Shown here: piece after piece, positions 1 to 12,786 of the stretch
Numbering within the stretch: position 1 is the stretch's first letter
Layout of the letters: each line of letters opens with the position of its first letter
Assembly: GCF_009914755.1 (NCBI RefSeq)
Contig: NC_060939.1
Reading direction: 5' to 3' (one strand)
Source of the DNA: the human T2T-CHM13v2.0 reference genome, Homo sapiens
Length of the DNA: 64,000 nucleotides
Notes under the pieces: model-generated
What the model was told of the DNA's origin: nothing
Database searches by the model: none
What the model saw: the letters and a program-made list of their open reading frames with translations, nothing else
Program-made: the position numbers and the translations under genes

Positions 1-599
1 GAAATACTATTTAAATATCACAACTTCTATTATCCTAAAAAACTATGACTGGGGCAGACTTTTGAAATACGGAGTCATTGCTTTTCTATTACAATGCTGC
101 TAAATCTTTCACTTTTCTACCTTCGCCATCCCCAATCAGTTGAGAGCCAAACGACATTCATCCTTCCCTTAGTTTACTCAAGTGTCAATGACAGCATAAT
201 CTCTACACACTAAAACCAAATTAATAAACTATATACACTGAAACCAGATAATGAAATTAATAATTCTGCTTTCTGATTTCTGCTTAGCTCTCTGTACATT
301 TCCTGTAAGTGTTGCCAGAAAAGACATGGCAAATGTCATTCTGTTTTTCCTATCTGTCACAATAAAAGTTCAGACAGGCTCTGGGGAAAAACTGGAAGAG
401 GGACAGAGAAGAGGTGACAGAAAAATAAAAGGAGCAAGAGAAAGTAGGAAAGATACATGTTTTGGTGAAATCAATGAATTTAACATTTATACCCTTTAGT
501 GGTTTTATAAGATTTTGTTAACTTTTATCATCTATGTAAGCAAAGAGTCATACAGAAAGCACACAGCAACTCAATATGAAAAGTACAAGAGGTTTAGTG

Positions 600-1012
600 G
601 ACAGAAATGTCTCAAAGATAAAATGGAGAGGTAGCAGAAGTAGGTGAGAAGAGCCTTTGGACCATGACACAGTTCTTACGTTTGCAAAAGTATATGGAGC
701 AGGAAGGTGAATTGAGTATGAAAAGCCTGAAATTGACTATAATGAGGCTAAAAGAAAGTCATTCAGACAAATGGAGAGGAAAGTTTGCTTATTAGATGAG
801 TCTTTCATTGGGTACAAGTAGCCAGCTCTATTATCTCCACCAAGTTTAGCCATTGGTTGGGAGCAGCTTGGGGAGGGTGTAGCCTTGGGGTGAATGCTGC
901 ACCCAGTGAATGACACACTGGAGGTGTGTCAGCTGGAGGCTTTTACCCAACTATCCTGCAGCAGATTCTCTCTAAGGGATATCTGAGTGATACATGCCCA
1001 TGGCAGCTACCG
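600..1012 (-). mobile_element. Old ERVL-type solo LTR relic (LTR33-like)
   Basis: cattggttgggagcagc...gcagcagattctctctaagggatatctgagtgatacatgcccatggcagctac resembles the reverse complement of the LTR33 5' end; diverged, boundaries approximate. Confidence 0.45.
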
Positions 1013-1028
1013 AGCATCAATTTGATGA

Positions 1029-1332
<304 letters not shown>

Positions 1333-1490
1333 TGATGAAACTACTTTTATTCAATGATAGTGAACAAAGTCACATGAGTACCTTCTCCAAATGTGAAACA
1401 CATTTTTAATTAGAATAACACTCCTTTGGTGCTTTGATTATATATGACTTAAGTTTACCTTTCCCTTGACATTTGTAGTTAGAACTCCAC

Positions 1491-1600
1491 TGGTTGAATT
1501 ATAAGAAGCATCACAAGGGGTGTGTGTGTGTGTGTGTGTGTATTCTGAAAGTACCACAAGTCTATAAAACAGTGGTTGAATTATAAGAAGCATTGCAAGG

Positions 1601-1652
<52 letters not shown>

Positions 1653-1720
1653 TGTCTATTCTCTAAGCACCAGACTTGCATGCACCACAATTTGGGCAAG
1701 TCTATAAAGCAATGGTGGGA
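1491..1720. repeat. Two-copy tandem duplication, each copy containing a (TG)n microsatellite
   Basis: tggttgaattataagaagcat..aagg(TG)n.tattct...caagtctataaa occurs at 1491-1572 and again from 1573. Confidence 0.85.
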
Positions 1721-2762
1721 TTAGGGAAAAACAGTTTGAGGAGGATATCATCATCTTTATTTTCTTTCTTCACTAGTCATTGAAGTTCTTCTCTGCAGTA
1801 CAGTTCTCATAGCACTAAGTTCCTTGAGCCGATGTGAAATTCCTCTGTCCATGATTCTGAACTAGGCTGGTAACTTCTGTTCAACCTCTACCAGAATGAT
1901 TGAACCTTATCAGGAAAGAGGCAGTGGTTGCAGAAGTGAAATAATGCAGAGACAGAGAAAAATGAAGAGACACTGTTGAAGGAAAGGGCACTGAGATATT
2001 GTTAAATTAAAACAGAAGCTTCTATTTTGACCTCATTTTCAAACAGGTACATTTACCAAAAAATATTAATAAGAAACGTATGCTGAGATTTCCAAGGTTG
2101 TTCAATTATCACCAGGAACAACTATCTTGGTAAATGTGAACAAGCCAATTTTCATCCAAAGTCCTGCACAATTCCATTGTTTTTCTTAAATTTACCTTAA
2201 TTAAAATACTCATTTTTGTTACCGTTGTAGAACTCAATGTCAGTTAGGTTCAACAAAGGAATAAAGCTGGTTTAACATATTTTTAATTTTCTGTCACAGT
2301 ACTGACATTGCTTTTTTATTTGTCTATAAAGTTGAGATTGCCTACTATCCTCACACTCTCTTCCTCTTTCATAGTCTTGACTTCCATGTTTAGCCAGGGC
2401 CTAAAATCTTCCACTTAGCATAGAAGATAAAGTTGTTCCTACTCTCCAGGGGCTCTTCACCTAACTTTTCTCATTGCAGCAGTCTTATCTCTCATAGCTG
2501 AGAACTTTTAATTTCAGTTCTTCCTATCAAGTCCACTAATTTGATTCTTCCCTGTTCCCTCAGATAACTTCCCTATTTCTCAAGGGTCAGAAATTCTCCT
2601 AAGCCTAGACATGGGCTGTTTCGACTGCCCTTTCTTCTGAGTCAGTGGTTTACCCTACAGCACCATCCTTGCATGCTCTGAACCAGGTTTGCCAAATATT
2701 AAGAAAATGACAGCCCCCACATAACACAGTGCTTTAATCATGGAGGAAGGAGCCGTTGTCTT

Positions 2763-3125
2763 TTATATGGTTTGGTTGTGTCACCTAAATCTCATCTCAA
2801 ATTGTAATCCCCATGTGTCAAGGAGGGACCTGGTGGGAGGTGATTGGATCATGGGGGGCAGTTTCCCCCAGGCTGTTCTCCTGCTAGGGAGTTCTCATGA
2901 GATCCGAGGCTTTAAAAGTGTTTGGCAATTCCCCCTGTCCCTGGCTCTCTGTCTCCTGCTGCCATGTAAGAGACGCCTTTCTTCCCCTTTGGCTTCTACC
3001 AGGATTTTACATTTCCTGAGGTCTCCCCAGACATGCAAAACTGTGAGTCAGTTAAACCTCTTTTCTTTATAAATTACCCAGTCTCATGTTGTGTTTTTAT
3101 AGCAGTGTGAAAATGGACTAATATG
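2763..3125 (+). mobile_element. MaLR solo LTR (THE1D/MST-like)
   Basis: atatggtttgg...aaatctcatc...gggaggtgattggatcatgggg...taaacctcttttctttataaattacccagtctc...ggactaata; 5-bp TSD gtctt at 2758-2762 and 3126-3130. Confidence 0.85.
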
Positions 3126-3557
3126 GTCTTTGACCTTTTAGTTAGTTATTTTTAGGGAACAGTTTCCTTTCCCTCCAGAGAACTTGGTATAGAAGGAGTT
3201 CACTATAGAGTTAGGTAAGAGTGAAATAGAGATTTCTACTTATTATAAGGGTTAACAGATGTAAACAGGGCCCACTTTCATAATTCATTACTGTATAGCC
3301 AGTGACTCATCATGCCCATATTTTTTCAACTTATTTGTATTCACATTACCACTGATCTAGTTTTAGTCCTCAGTACCTTTTACTTAGGCAATTGCAAACT
3401 GATCTTCTGAGACTGATCTTCTAACCAATCTTCCTTTGTTAATTTCTTCTTCCACATTAAATCTAATCTCTACACTGTTAAAGATCAATGTCTTTAAAGC
3501 ACGGGCCTTTCTACCTAAATATTTTTAATGACTCTTGTTTTTCTTGAATGTAAAGGA

Positions 3558-3879
3558 CAGTTGGCCCTCTGTATCTGTGGGTTCTACATCTGTGGATTCA
3601 AACAGCTGTTGATTGAGAATATGCTAAACAATAATAATAAATAGCAATGCAACAATAAGAAACACAAATAGAAATACAAGATCACAACTGTTAATGTAGC
3701 ATTTACATTGTATTTGGTCATGTAAGTAACCTAGAGATAATTTAAAGTATATGGGATGACGTGCACAGGAAATACACAAATACTGTGCCATTTTATATAA
3801 GGCAGTTGAGTATCTGCAGATTTTGGTCTCTGACAGGGGATCCTGGAACTAATCTCCTATGGATACCAAAGGATAACTT
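3558..3879 (-). mobile_element. MER2-like Tigger (Tc1/mariner) non-autonomous DNA transposon, inserted in an L2 relic
   Basis: Terminal inverted repeats cagttggccctctgtatc / gataccaaaggataactt; internal gggatcctggaactaatc. Confidence 0.75.
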
Positions 3880-5245
3880 TATAGCTCTTTTCACATGGCT
3901 TTGAATATATTTCTTGATTCCTATTTCTCTCTCTTTTTACTATGGTAAAGTATTATCACTGTTTTTAGTGTTTCTATTTTTTTGGTATCAGTTCTGTAGC
4001 TTATATTAGTTTGATAAGTTGCATAGATTTAACAAGATTCTTATCCTCCAACTTGATTTCAAATTCCTAAGGAGTTTAAAATAAGTTGATTTGCTTAAAT
4101 TATTACAGGAGAAACAACCCTTGACATCTCTTGGCCAGTGTTGGGCACAATCATGCCACAAGGCAGTTACAGCTGCTCGAAAGGAGCCTCATGTGAGACT
4201 TCAGGGAGTACGCCTAATCACAGACTCTTGATTGTATCATGCCTGTTAGTCCTCAGCACACTGTCTGCAGTCCTCACGCAGAGCAAGCACATAATGTCCT
4301 ATGCACAAAGGCTTAATCTAGACAGAGAGTTTCTTAATTAGGAAAACTGTTAACCACAAGGCCGCCAACTTTCTAAAACCCATGAATCAAGAAGTGGTTG
4401 CTGAGCCATTAGCTTCCTGTGGTCAAGAAGACTGCCTATCTAATTTTGGCCTACCTCCAGCTCTCTCTAGTCTCAGGAGCACTTGATATCTTCTCTACTT
4501 AGAAAGTCATAAGATCATTAGGTTAGCTTTTGATATTAACTACAAAGACCAGACATCAGGGTGACTACTTCAATGTGTGGATCTATGAGACCTCACAACC
4601 CCAGACCCATTTAGTGGGAAATATACTTTGGTACAGCATCTATGAAATTAAGATAAAATGTACTATCTATATTCCCAACCAGGCTTAGTTAAACCATAGT
4701 TTTCTTGGGGCAGATTATAAATAGTTTCTTTTAGGCATATTTTATTCCTAAATTTATGGTGGCAAAATAATCATAAAACTGACTCAGAAGATTAAGAAAA
4801 TGGAGCTGTCATCCTGAAGCTGCTAATAGCTCATAGTTCACCAAGTTGTAGATTGGCACCTTTTTGATCATCTCTCTTTCTGGCTTGGGTTTATAGCTTA
4901 ACATTCTTTCTTACTGAGTGGTAGACCATAAACCCAGGAAAAAATATTTGACTATTACCCACGGTTGATCAGGGATACTGTGTAAGACTCCCCCATCTTC
5001 GGGTAATATTAGAAAATAGGTCCATCCATCCTCACACATATATAAGAAACCTGATGTCTCTTGTAATAGAGGCCATCTTCTGAGCTTTAGGAGGCTGACC
5101 ATAAAAAGTTATTCCCCCAAATCACATTTTTTACTTCCATTATTTAATAGTATTTAAGAACATGAAACCTCAGGATAATCCTAGTACATGTAAGCCAGGA
5201 GAACCTCCAATTTTACTCATTATATGAAAACTACTCTTTTATTCC

Positions 5246-5535
5246 TTTTTTTTCTGAGATGGAGTCTCACTCTCACTGAAGCAGGAGTGCAGTGGCCTGA
5301 TCTCGGCTGACTGCAACCTCCGCCTCCTGGGCTAAAGTGATTCTCTCGCCTCAGCCTCCCGAGTAGATGGGATTACAGGCGCGTGCCATCATGCCTGGCT
5401 AATTTTTTTGTATTTTAGTAGAGATGGGGTTTCACCAAGTTGCCCAGGGTGGTTTTGAACTCCTGAGCTCAGGCAATCTGCCACCCTGGGCCTCCCAAAG
5501 TGCTGGGATGATACGAGTGAGCCACAGCACCCAGC
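5246..5535 (-). mobile_element. AluS, full length, diverged
   Basis: Alu dimer with linker ctaattttttgtattttagtagagatgggg. Confidence 0.9.
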
Positions 5536-5729
5536 ATTTACATTCCAGATCAAGATCCCTTTCAAGCCACGATGCACACAATGGTTCTACTTTGGGGAAG
5601 GAAATCAGAGCTGCCATCAACTCTGACAACTTTCCTTTAGCCAGTTCCTGGCGCTGGAGCGTTCCATAATTGATCTACACAGCTCTGGTTGGCTTCTTAG
5701 AAAGGGCCTGCTTTTCCTTTCATCTTTAG

Positions 5730-5866
5730 GTGACTGCCGATAAAAACACACTCAATAGGAAATTTACCTTTCCCTGATTTCTGTGAGCCACTAACTCGAC
5801 CTCATAATATTTGAGACGTACTTTAAAAGAACCCCAAATCACGCACTTCCAAAGGACTAGCATTTG
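5730..5866 (+). other. Candidate non-coding exon (137 nt)
   Basis: Acceptor cttttcctttcatctttag|G and donor TTG|gtaaga in unique DNA with several retained CpGs; splice motifs only. Confidence 0.3.
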
Positions 5867-7199
5867 GTAAGACCGTCTCCATATTAGCGATATAAGTTTC
5901 ATCACACACCCAACTCCCAAAGGCAGTCTTTTCTCAATTAGAAAACTAAGGCCATCAACATAAGCTTAAGCATAGTACTACTTCTATCCCCTCACCCTCA
6001 TGAACTCATTCACAATTTTTTTTCTCACTCCAGGGTCTAAATCTCAAGCCAGTGCTGGTACTCACTTCTGGCTTTGAGTATCACAGGAGTGCCAACTTAA
6101 TATGGCAGCTAGCGGGGCCAATCCAGCCTCAGAAAAATGAAATTGCTAGTTAAGAAACCTGAAGACAGTATATTTGTTGATGAGAAAAAAGTATTGTATT
6201 GAAACACATTTCCTTCTCTGTGTTCAATTTGCTTATTCAACATTTATATATTAGTATACATTTCAGCTCTTTATATATCAGATTCTTAATCTTGACCCCT
6301 AAGTCTCTAGGGCTTAAATTTATGAGGAAATTAATGAATCTTAGCTACATCAGAGTCAAGCTTAATCTTCTAATGCCTTCCAGATATTCTTGAGTTTGAA
6401 GAGTAGCAAATTAAAATCACTGATACATCCTTTATGAAGGCAGTGTTTGAGTCGTCAGTCTTAAAGTGGTGCAAGTTTAGTAACTACAGAAAATATCATG
6501 TTACATTGAGCAGAATAATCACTTGTGTTAGAAAATTACCAGCTATTAGCTGGGAAACACTGAAAATAACCCCACTAAATAAGATGGAAAGTGTAAGAAA
6601 TGCCATGGTTTCTACACCTACTGGTTCTTTCCAAGCTGTAATTGATAATGGCTGTTGGGCACATCTAATATATATAAAAGTCTTAGAGAGAAAAAAAAAA
6701 GAGGAACACTGAGGGTGATAATTGTATTTTCCAATGAAGCATATATAGAGTATGTTTTTAGGTATCTTTTAATGAATGAATACCTTATTCCATGAAGGTA
6801 GATGACATAGATTCCCTCTTACAGACAGACTATATAGTAGTCAGAGAGAACAATAAAATAATCACTGCTAAAAATGTGTGCTGCTGCTGCTATAAGCTTG
6901 TAAATAATTACTCACTTCTTATTTAAAGCAACAAGTTTGCTTAATCCATATACTTTCTTAAATATGAAACAACTTGCTCAAAGAACTGCACTGTAATCCA
7001 TATTTTCAGATATGACAAAATCTATCTAAGACTAGCAGATTAAGAGTTCTTAGTTTTTAGTCTGTCTTAACATTTAGAAAGAATATAAAATAAAGTAATT
7101 AAGCAACACTTTAGATGTCATTTAAAAATGGTATATCTCAAATTCATAATTATTATGATATAAGTAATACTTTTTGAAATATTGTAATATAACAGACCC

Positions 7200-7385
7200 A
7201 TATCTGAGCATTCTTTAGCATTACTTCCTTTAATTCTTGTAGCAACTTTTGGAGGTAGGTATGATAATTATTATTCATATTTTACAGATGAGATAATTCA
7301 GAAATCCAGACACTAAGCAAATATCAAGATCAGTGACAGTATCAGAGCTGAGATTTGAACTAGATCTAGCTGACTCCAGAATTTG
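7200..7385 (-). mobile_element. MIR SINE
   Basis: Core attttacagatgag...agagctgagatttgaac...tgactccaga. Confidence 0.7.
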
Positions 7386-7624
7386 ATTGCTTTGCTTTTA
7401 TGCAAAATTGATACAATTTTACAAATCAATAATGCTCATTTCTGGATCTGTTCTATTAAATATTGTACTGTACACTTACATTATATTTTAAATTTAACAT
7501 TACATTATGTATTGGTCTGAAAAGATTTCTAAGTATATGTACCAAATAAATGTAGATATATTTCTAGATTTCAAAAGTATATTTGCAAAGGAATTTCAGG
7601 ATATATCCTAGAAAAATATGACCT

Positions 7625-8885
7625 AGATAAACTAGTAATAGGTTGAATGACTGGACCCAAGGTGTGATAATTCATGATTGATATTGTACTCAGGGGTGGC
7701 TCTTATTGAAATGCCTCAGGAATTGCCTTTACATAGATTTCTAAAAATTGGTATATAATAGAGGTACATATTTTAGGGGTACCTGTGGTATTTTGATTTA
7801 TTCATATAACATGTAATAATTAAACCAGGGTAATTGAAATACTCATTACCTTAAACATTTTTCTTTATGCCTGGAATATTCAAATTATTCTGTACTAGCT
7901 ATTTTGAAATATATAATAAATTATATATTGTTGTAGTCACTCAACTGATTTATTGAGCACTAGGTCTTATTTCCCCTATCTAACTATATTTTTGTACCTA
8001 TTAACCTCTCTTCTTCCCCACCTCCTCTGTATTCTTCCTGGCCTCTGTTATTCACCAATCTACTTTCTATTGGTATTTTGATACATGTTGCATTGAATCT
8101 GTAGATTGCTTTGGGTAATATGGACATTTTAGCAATATTACATTTTCCAATCCATGAATATGGACTTAGATTGTTTTTAACTGGAAAAGATAAAAATATA
8201 AAATACATACTTATACAATTTAAGGGTGACATATACCTGGGAAAATAATTAGTATATTAATAATGGAATTAATGTCTAAAAGATCTTAGCATATTACAAC
8301 AATGAGCTGAAACTAACAAGATGGAGTATAAATCGTATATTAACCAAGATAACCTAGGTTATGATACAGTAATGAACAACTACCAAATTTCAGTATATTA
8401 ATTAAATAAAATGTTATTTCTCATCCATGCAACATTTCCGTTTTTTCCCCTTATTTCTCAGAATTTAAGCATGCAACATATAGATATGAGGAGGAGGGTG
8501 CACTTTGATCTTCATAGTTGTTCAGGGAACCATGCTGACAGAGGCTTTGCCTTCATACACGCTGAATCTAGAAAAGAGAAGGTTCAAGTGAGAATTCATG
8601 TTAGAAGTCTTCAAGTATTCAAAAGATTAGGTTATAAAAGGGACTATATTGTCCTGAGCTTCTCATTGGACAGAACGTGGATCATTGAAGAAATTGTGTA
8701 TAGGCAGGCTTCTGACCAATATAAGAAGATATTTCCAATAATAAGAACTGTCTTTGTAAATACTAAGTTTCCTACTGCTAGAGACTTTTAAATAAATTAG
8801 GTGCTCAGTTGTTAGAAATATTGCAAAAGAAATTTAAATATCAGATGCTTGATTATTTAAAACCTGTTCCAATCTTAATGTCCTA
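7625..8885 (+). mobile_element. Fragmented L3/CR1 LINE relic, interrupted by L1MA and MLT1 pieces
   Basis: CR1 ORF2-like pieces (ggttgaatgactggacccaa; aaaagatctt...gctgaaactaacaagatg) and a 3' end-like segment at about 8570-8885. Confidence 0.5.
7742..8165 (-). mobile_element. L1MA 3' end fused directly to a short ORF2 piece
   Basis: L1MA 3' UTR (ctagctattttgaaatatataataaatt...) followed by cattgaatctgtagattgctttgggt (ORF2, KAIYRFNA). Confidence 0.7.
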
Positions 8886-8913
8886 TCCTTATATTCTATC
8901 ATAATATAGTACC

Positions 8914-9320
8914 TGTATCAGTTAGACATTGCCATGTAACAAACCACTCCAAAACTCAGTGGCTTAAACAATGATTCCTTGGGTCTTGTCTACATTCACT
9001 CATGCATGTGTGGTCAGCCCAACAGAGGCCATTGCTCACATTTCTGGAGGCTCTTTGGCTATTCTGGAGCGGGGGCATTTGGGCTGTTATTCATCATCCA
9101 GCTGGCCAAACCAAACTTGATTATATGATGGTGACAGGATTCTAAAGAATAAGTGGAAGCATGCAAGGCCATTTGAATCCAAAACTGGAACTGACACCTA
9201 TCACTTTTGCCACATTCTATTGTGAAAACACGTCATAAGTCCCACTGAGATTCAAGGAATGTGGAAATGAGGCTCTGTTTTCTTTATAAGAGGAGCGAGT
9301 GACTGAGGCCATTTTTAACA
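8914..9320 (-). mobile_element. MLT1 (MaLR) LTR, MLT1H-like
   Basis: tgtatcagttag...taacaaaccactccaaaactcagtggcttaaacaa...cacttttgccacattctattg. Confidence 0.7.
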
Positions 9321-9499
9321 ATAGAGTATAATCATGTATATTCACAATTAAATATTCTTCAAATTATATATTTTCCACAATTTAGAGAAAATAGAATATC
9401 ATTTCTTATATTTACTTCCACTTAATTATTTGTATTTTAAATAATGGAAAAATAGATATTGCCATGAAAACATCAGAATCTCATTTTCAGTAGTACCTA

Positions 9500-9850
9500 A
9501 TTATTCTGTTACAATATGGGATAAAGAGTAATGTACTTTCCAGATGGGTGAATAAAAGTGTTCTGTACATTTAAGAGAAGCTGCATTTCTGATTTGGAGT
9601 TCTCAGTGCAGACTTTATGGAGAAGGTGGAATTAAATTGGGCTTAAATGTTTGGATTCAATTTTGACACATGGATATGGAAAATAAAATGCAGACCAGAA
9701 AGCAGTACAAAACATGAGTTGCATCATAGGCAAGAAAGTGGACAGTAGTATGTCCGATCATGTGGAGGAAAGAAGTGGAAAATATGTTGGGAAATGTAAG
9801 TTGAAAGTTTGAATGCCTGACCAAAGATACTAAATATATTAACCTTTGAA
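9500..9850 (-). mobile_element. L2 relic
   Basis: Purine-rich L2-like tract (gactttatggagaaggtgg...ttgggctt); diverged. Confidence 0.4.
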
Positions 9851-11089
9851 TAACATATTTCTGTAATTTGAAATACCTACATCTTGTGAAAAATGACTCA
9901 GTTATTCTGGTCAAACAATAACTACAGGGTGATGGTGAAAATGACGGGGAAGAAACTGATGGATTTAAATTCACAAGATTGTATGATTTTCATTAACTAG
10001 AGCAGAATCATCTGCCAAAGTCTTAATTTTTAGAAAGACATTAGTCTCCAGAAGCAGGTGCACTCAGGCATAGCTGGCATCTTTTTTGCTTTGAGAATTT
10101 TTACACAACTCTGTCAACCATGATAAGCATCACTGTAATGCCTACTCATTATCTTGAGGCTTAGACTCTAAGGTGCCAGGTAGGAAAGGCCAAACCAGGG
10201 GATTTGTAGAAGCCATCACTGCTGAGAATCATCTGTATAAATCTTTTTATACAAGATGACATCATCTGCCCTATAATCTTCACATATAAAGACCTCTTCA
10301 GGAAACAATACTTGAAACAGTTATTCCAGAGTCACAGAGTGACAGCTACAGAATCTTATAATTTAGAAGGTTCCCCACGTTTAACAATAAGTTGCATTTA
10401 TTTGTATCAAGTGTGGGAGGCACAAAGCTGTAGTGCAAGTGTCAAGGAAAACACGGATTACATGTAACAGGGTATCCTTTCCAGGCTAGAGCTGAGACTC
10501 AGATTTGTCCAGTGTGACATCTGCAAAATCTCTTTGCAATGTGTATGTTTGCTTTCATTGGTTTACACAGAGTCTGAGAATAGAGAAGCTGGACGGTGCC
10601 TGCAACTGTGGTTCAAAACTAGACATATTTGATGAAAGACTGTGTCAGTAGCAGTGAAATTGATGGGCAACATAATTTTTGAAAGGCACCTAGGTTTCCT
10701 GTGAGAAGTCTTATCATAAAGAAAAAAAAGAGCTGGGGATGGCAATTCAGACTCAGCAGTTAGAACTAGACATCAGAGGAAAGAAGTTCTCATTACTCTG
10801 TGTGTGGGTGGGTGTGGCCAACCTGGTTGTATAAGTAACTTTTAAGGAGAGAGAAAAGGACTGTATGTGAACTTGAGCTGTTTCTCTGGGATCAGGGCAA
10901 AACTGCTGAGTTCCCCTCTCACCAATTGAGTACAAGCCAGCCATAGGTTACAAATTAGAATTAACACTAAGTGAAGGTGAATAATGTCTTTGCTTTTTCC
11001 ATTTAGCCAATGGGACTTGAGAAGGGAACATTCCCACATTGCTTCTGAGGAAAAGACACATGATAATGTGATACACTGACAAATACAAA

Positions 11090-11215
11090 GAACTTCGAAT
11101 TAGAAGGCCTAGTTTTAAATCTTGACTCTATTGCTTAGTAGCTCTGTTAGTCTGGGCAAGTCATTTAACCTGTGAGTCTTAATGCTCCATTTGAAAACTG
11201 TGGATTATACTCATA
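11090..11215 (+). mobile_element. MIR SINE
   Basis: aaatcttgactct...tagctctgt...ctgggcaagtcatttaacct. Confidence 0.7.
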
Positions 11216-11254
11216 ATCACATTATAATCGCAAGATCATTTAGTATGTTTTACC

Positions 11255-11540
11255 TTTCTTTTCAAATCTAGCACACATAGAAAATAATAGTTTAATAATA
11301 CATTATTAAAAGGTAAATCCTTGCTCATGGTGATCAGAGGTAGGGTTTCTTGGAACTGGGGAGTTTCTTAGGTTGCAGTAGTTTTAGTGCTAGAACCAGG
11401 AAAGCCCTGAGCAAACCAAGATAAGCTGGCCACTTTATGAGTTTTGAGACACTCTAGCTACCCCAACGGGCTACTCAAAGGGTTCTTCTGAGAAGATCAG
11501 CATAGCTGTAAAACATGTATAGTTCACTAGAAGCTCTCAT
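11255..11540. mobile_element. hAT MITE relic (MER102-like) with nested MER81-like element at about 11327-11438
   Basis: gcacacatagaaaat and ttttagtgctagaaccaggaaagccctgagcaaacc motifs; old and diverged. Confidence 0.45.
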
Positions 11541-11556
11541 TTAGAGAATTAAATGT

Positions 11557-11743
11557 CAAAACAGCATGGTACTGGTATCAAAACAGAGATATAGACCAAT
11601 GGAACAGAACAGAGCCCTCAGAAATAATACCACACATCTACAAACATCTGATGTTTGACAAACCTGACAAAAACAAGAAATGGGGAAAGGATTCCCTATT
11701 TAATAAATGGTGCTGGGAAAACTGGCTAGCCATATGTAGAAAG
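11557..11743 (+). mobile_element. Internal ORF2 fragment of a young L1PA, no 3' UTR or poly(A), flanked by a 12-bp TSD
   Basis: caaaacagcatggtactgg...aactggctagccatatgtagaaag matches L1PA ORF2 closely; agagaattaaat at 11543-11554 and 11742-11753. Confidence 0.9.
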
Positions 11744-11861
11744 AGAATTAAATATATTTCTATCTACTCCTAATGGTCTTCTGCCTAAGAAAATGTACAG
11801 ATTCAAGCTTGGAAAAATAGTAATTGCCTACTCCAGCCCTCTACTTGGCATATATCTTTAG

Positions 11862-11962
11862 CCATAATTGTTTACCTCTTGAAAACAAGAAAATCATATC
11901 TCAAGGAACTCATCTCCAGAACGACAAAGAGACAAGGAAGAGAGAAGCCTCAGGATAGAATG
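11862..11962 (+). other. Candidate exon (101 nt, purine-rich)
   Basis: Strong donor ATG|gtgagt and GAAG-rich body; weak acceptor atatctttag. Confidence 0.25.
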
Positions 11963-12167
11963 GTGAGTTCTTTCTAGAACTGAATTGAGTTGTGAGAAGG
12001 AGCAACTTTTAGAACAGAAATTTGTTTTGTTGCCTATTTGAGCAAATAAGTAGACCTCATCAGAGATTCTTCCCTTTCTAAAAACTTTGATGTTTGAATG
12101 AATACCTGGCAGATGCTGCCAAACTTCTTTCCTTTCCATGCATGGTGCAGTGTCATTTACTCTTTTT

Positions 12168-12455
12168 TTAAATTTTTTTTTTGAAATGGAGTCTCACTCT
12201 TGTCGCCCAGGCTGGAGTACAGTGGCCCAATCTCTGCTCATTGCAAGCTCCACCTCCCGGGTTCTCACCATTCTCCACCTCAGTAGCCTGGGGCTACAGG
12301 CGCCCGCCACCATGCCCAGCTAATTTTTTGTATTTTTAGTAGAGACGGGATTTCACTATGTTAGCTAGGATGGTCTTGATCTCCTGACCTCGTGATCCAC
12401 ACGCCTCAGCCTCCCAAAGTACTGGGATTACAGGTGTGAGCCACTGCGCTTGGCC
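12168..12455 (-). mobile_element. Alu (AluY/Sc-like)
   Basis: Alu dimer with gcaagctcc and ctcctgacctcgtga; TSD tactctttt at 12158 and 12456. Confidence 0.9.
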
Positions 12456-12475
12456 TACTCTTTTTAATATTAGCC

Positions 12476-12786
12476 TTTTTTCTTTTTATTTTTTTTAAAC
12501 TTTTTAGAAATAGGATCTTGCTGTCACTCAGGCTGGAGTACAGTGGCACAATCATGGTTCACTGCAGCTTCAACTTCTCATACTTAAGTGATCCTCCTAC
12601 CTCAGCCTCCCAAATAGCCGAGACCACAGGCGCATGCTACCACACCCAGCTAATTAAAAAAAAAAATTATGTAAAGATGAGGTCTCACTATGCTGCCCAG
12701 GCTGTTCTCAAACTCATGACCTGAAGTAATCCTCCCGCCTGGCCCCGAAGTGCTGGGAATACAGGCATGAGCCATCACACCCAGCC
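12476..12786 (-). mobile_element. AluJ, full length
   Basis: AluJ-type right arm; TSD aatattagc at 12466 and 12787. Confidence 0.9.

Noticed and set aside
6540-6705. Minus-strand exon after a strong pyrimidine tract (44 open codons)
   Set aside because: The tract is a simple A-run, the donor is weak, the frame closes, and there are no partner exons
8411-8791. 126-aa ORF
   Set aside because: Spans MLT1-like and L3 relics; no recognisable domain
10229-10260. Small hairpins here and at 49626-49660
   Set aside because: Stems of 9-13 AT-rich bp are expected by chance in this composition
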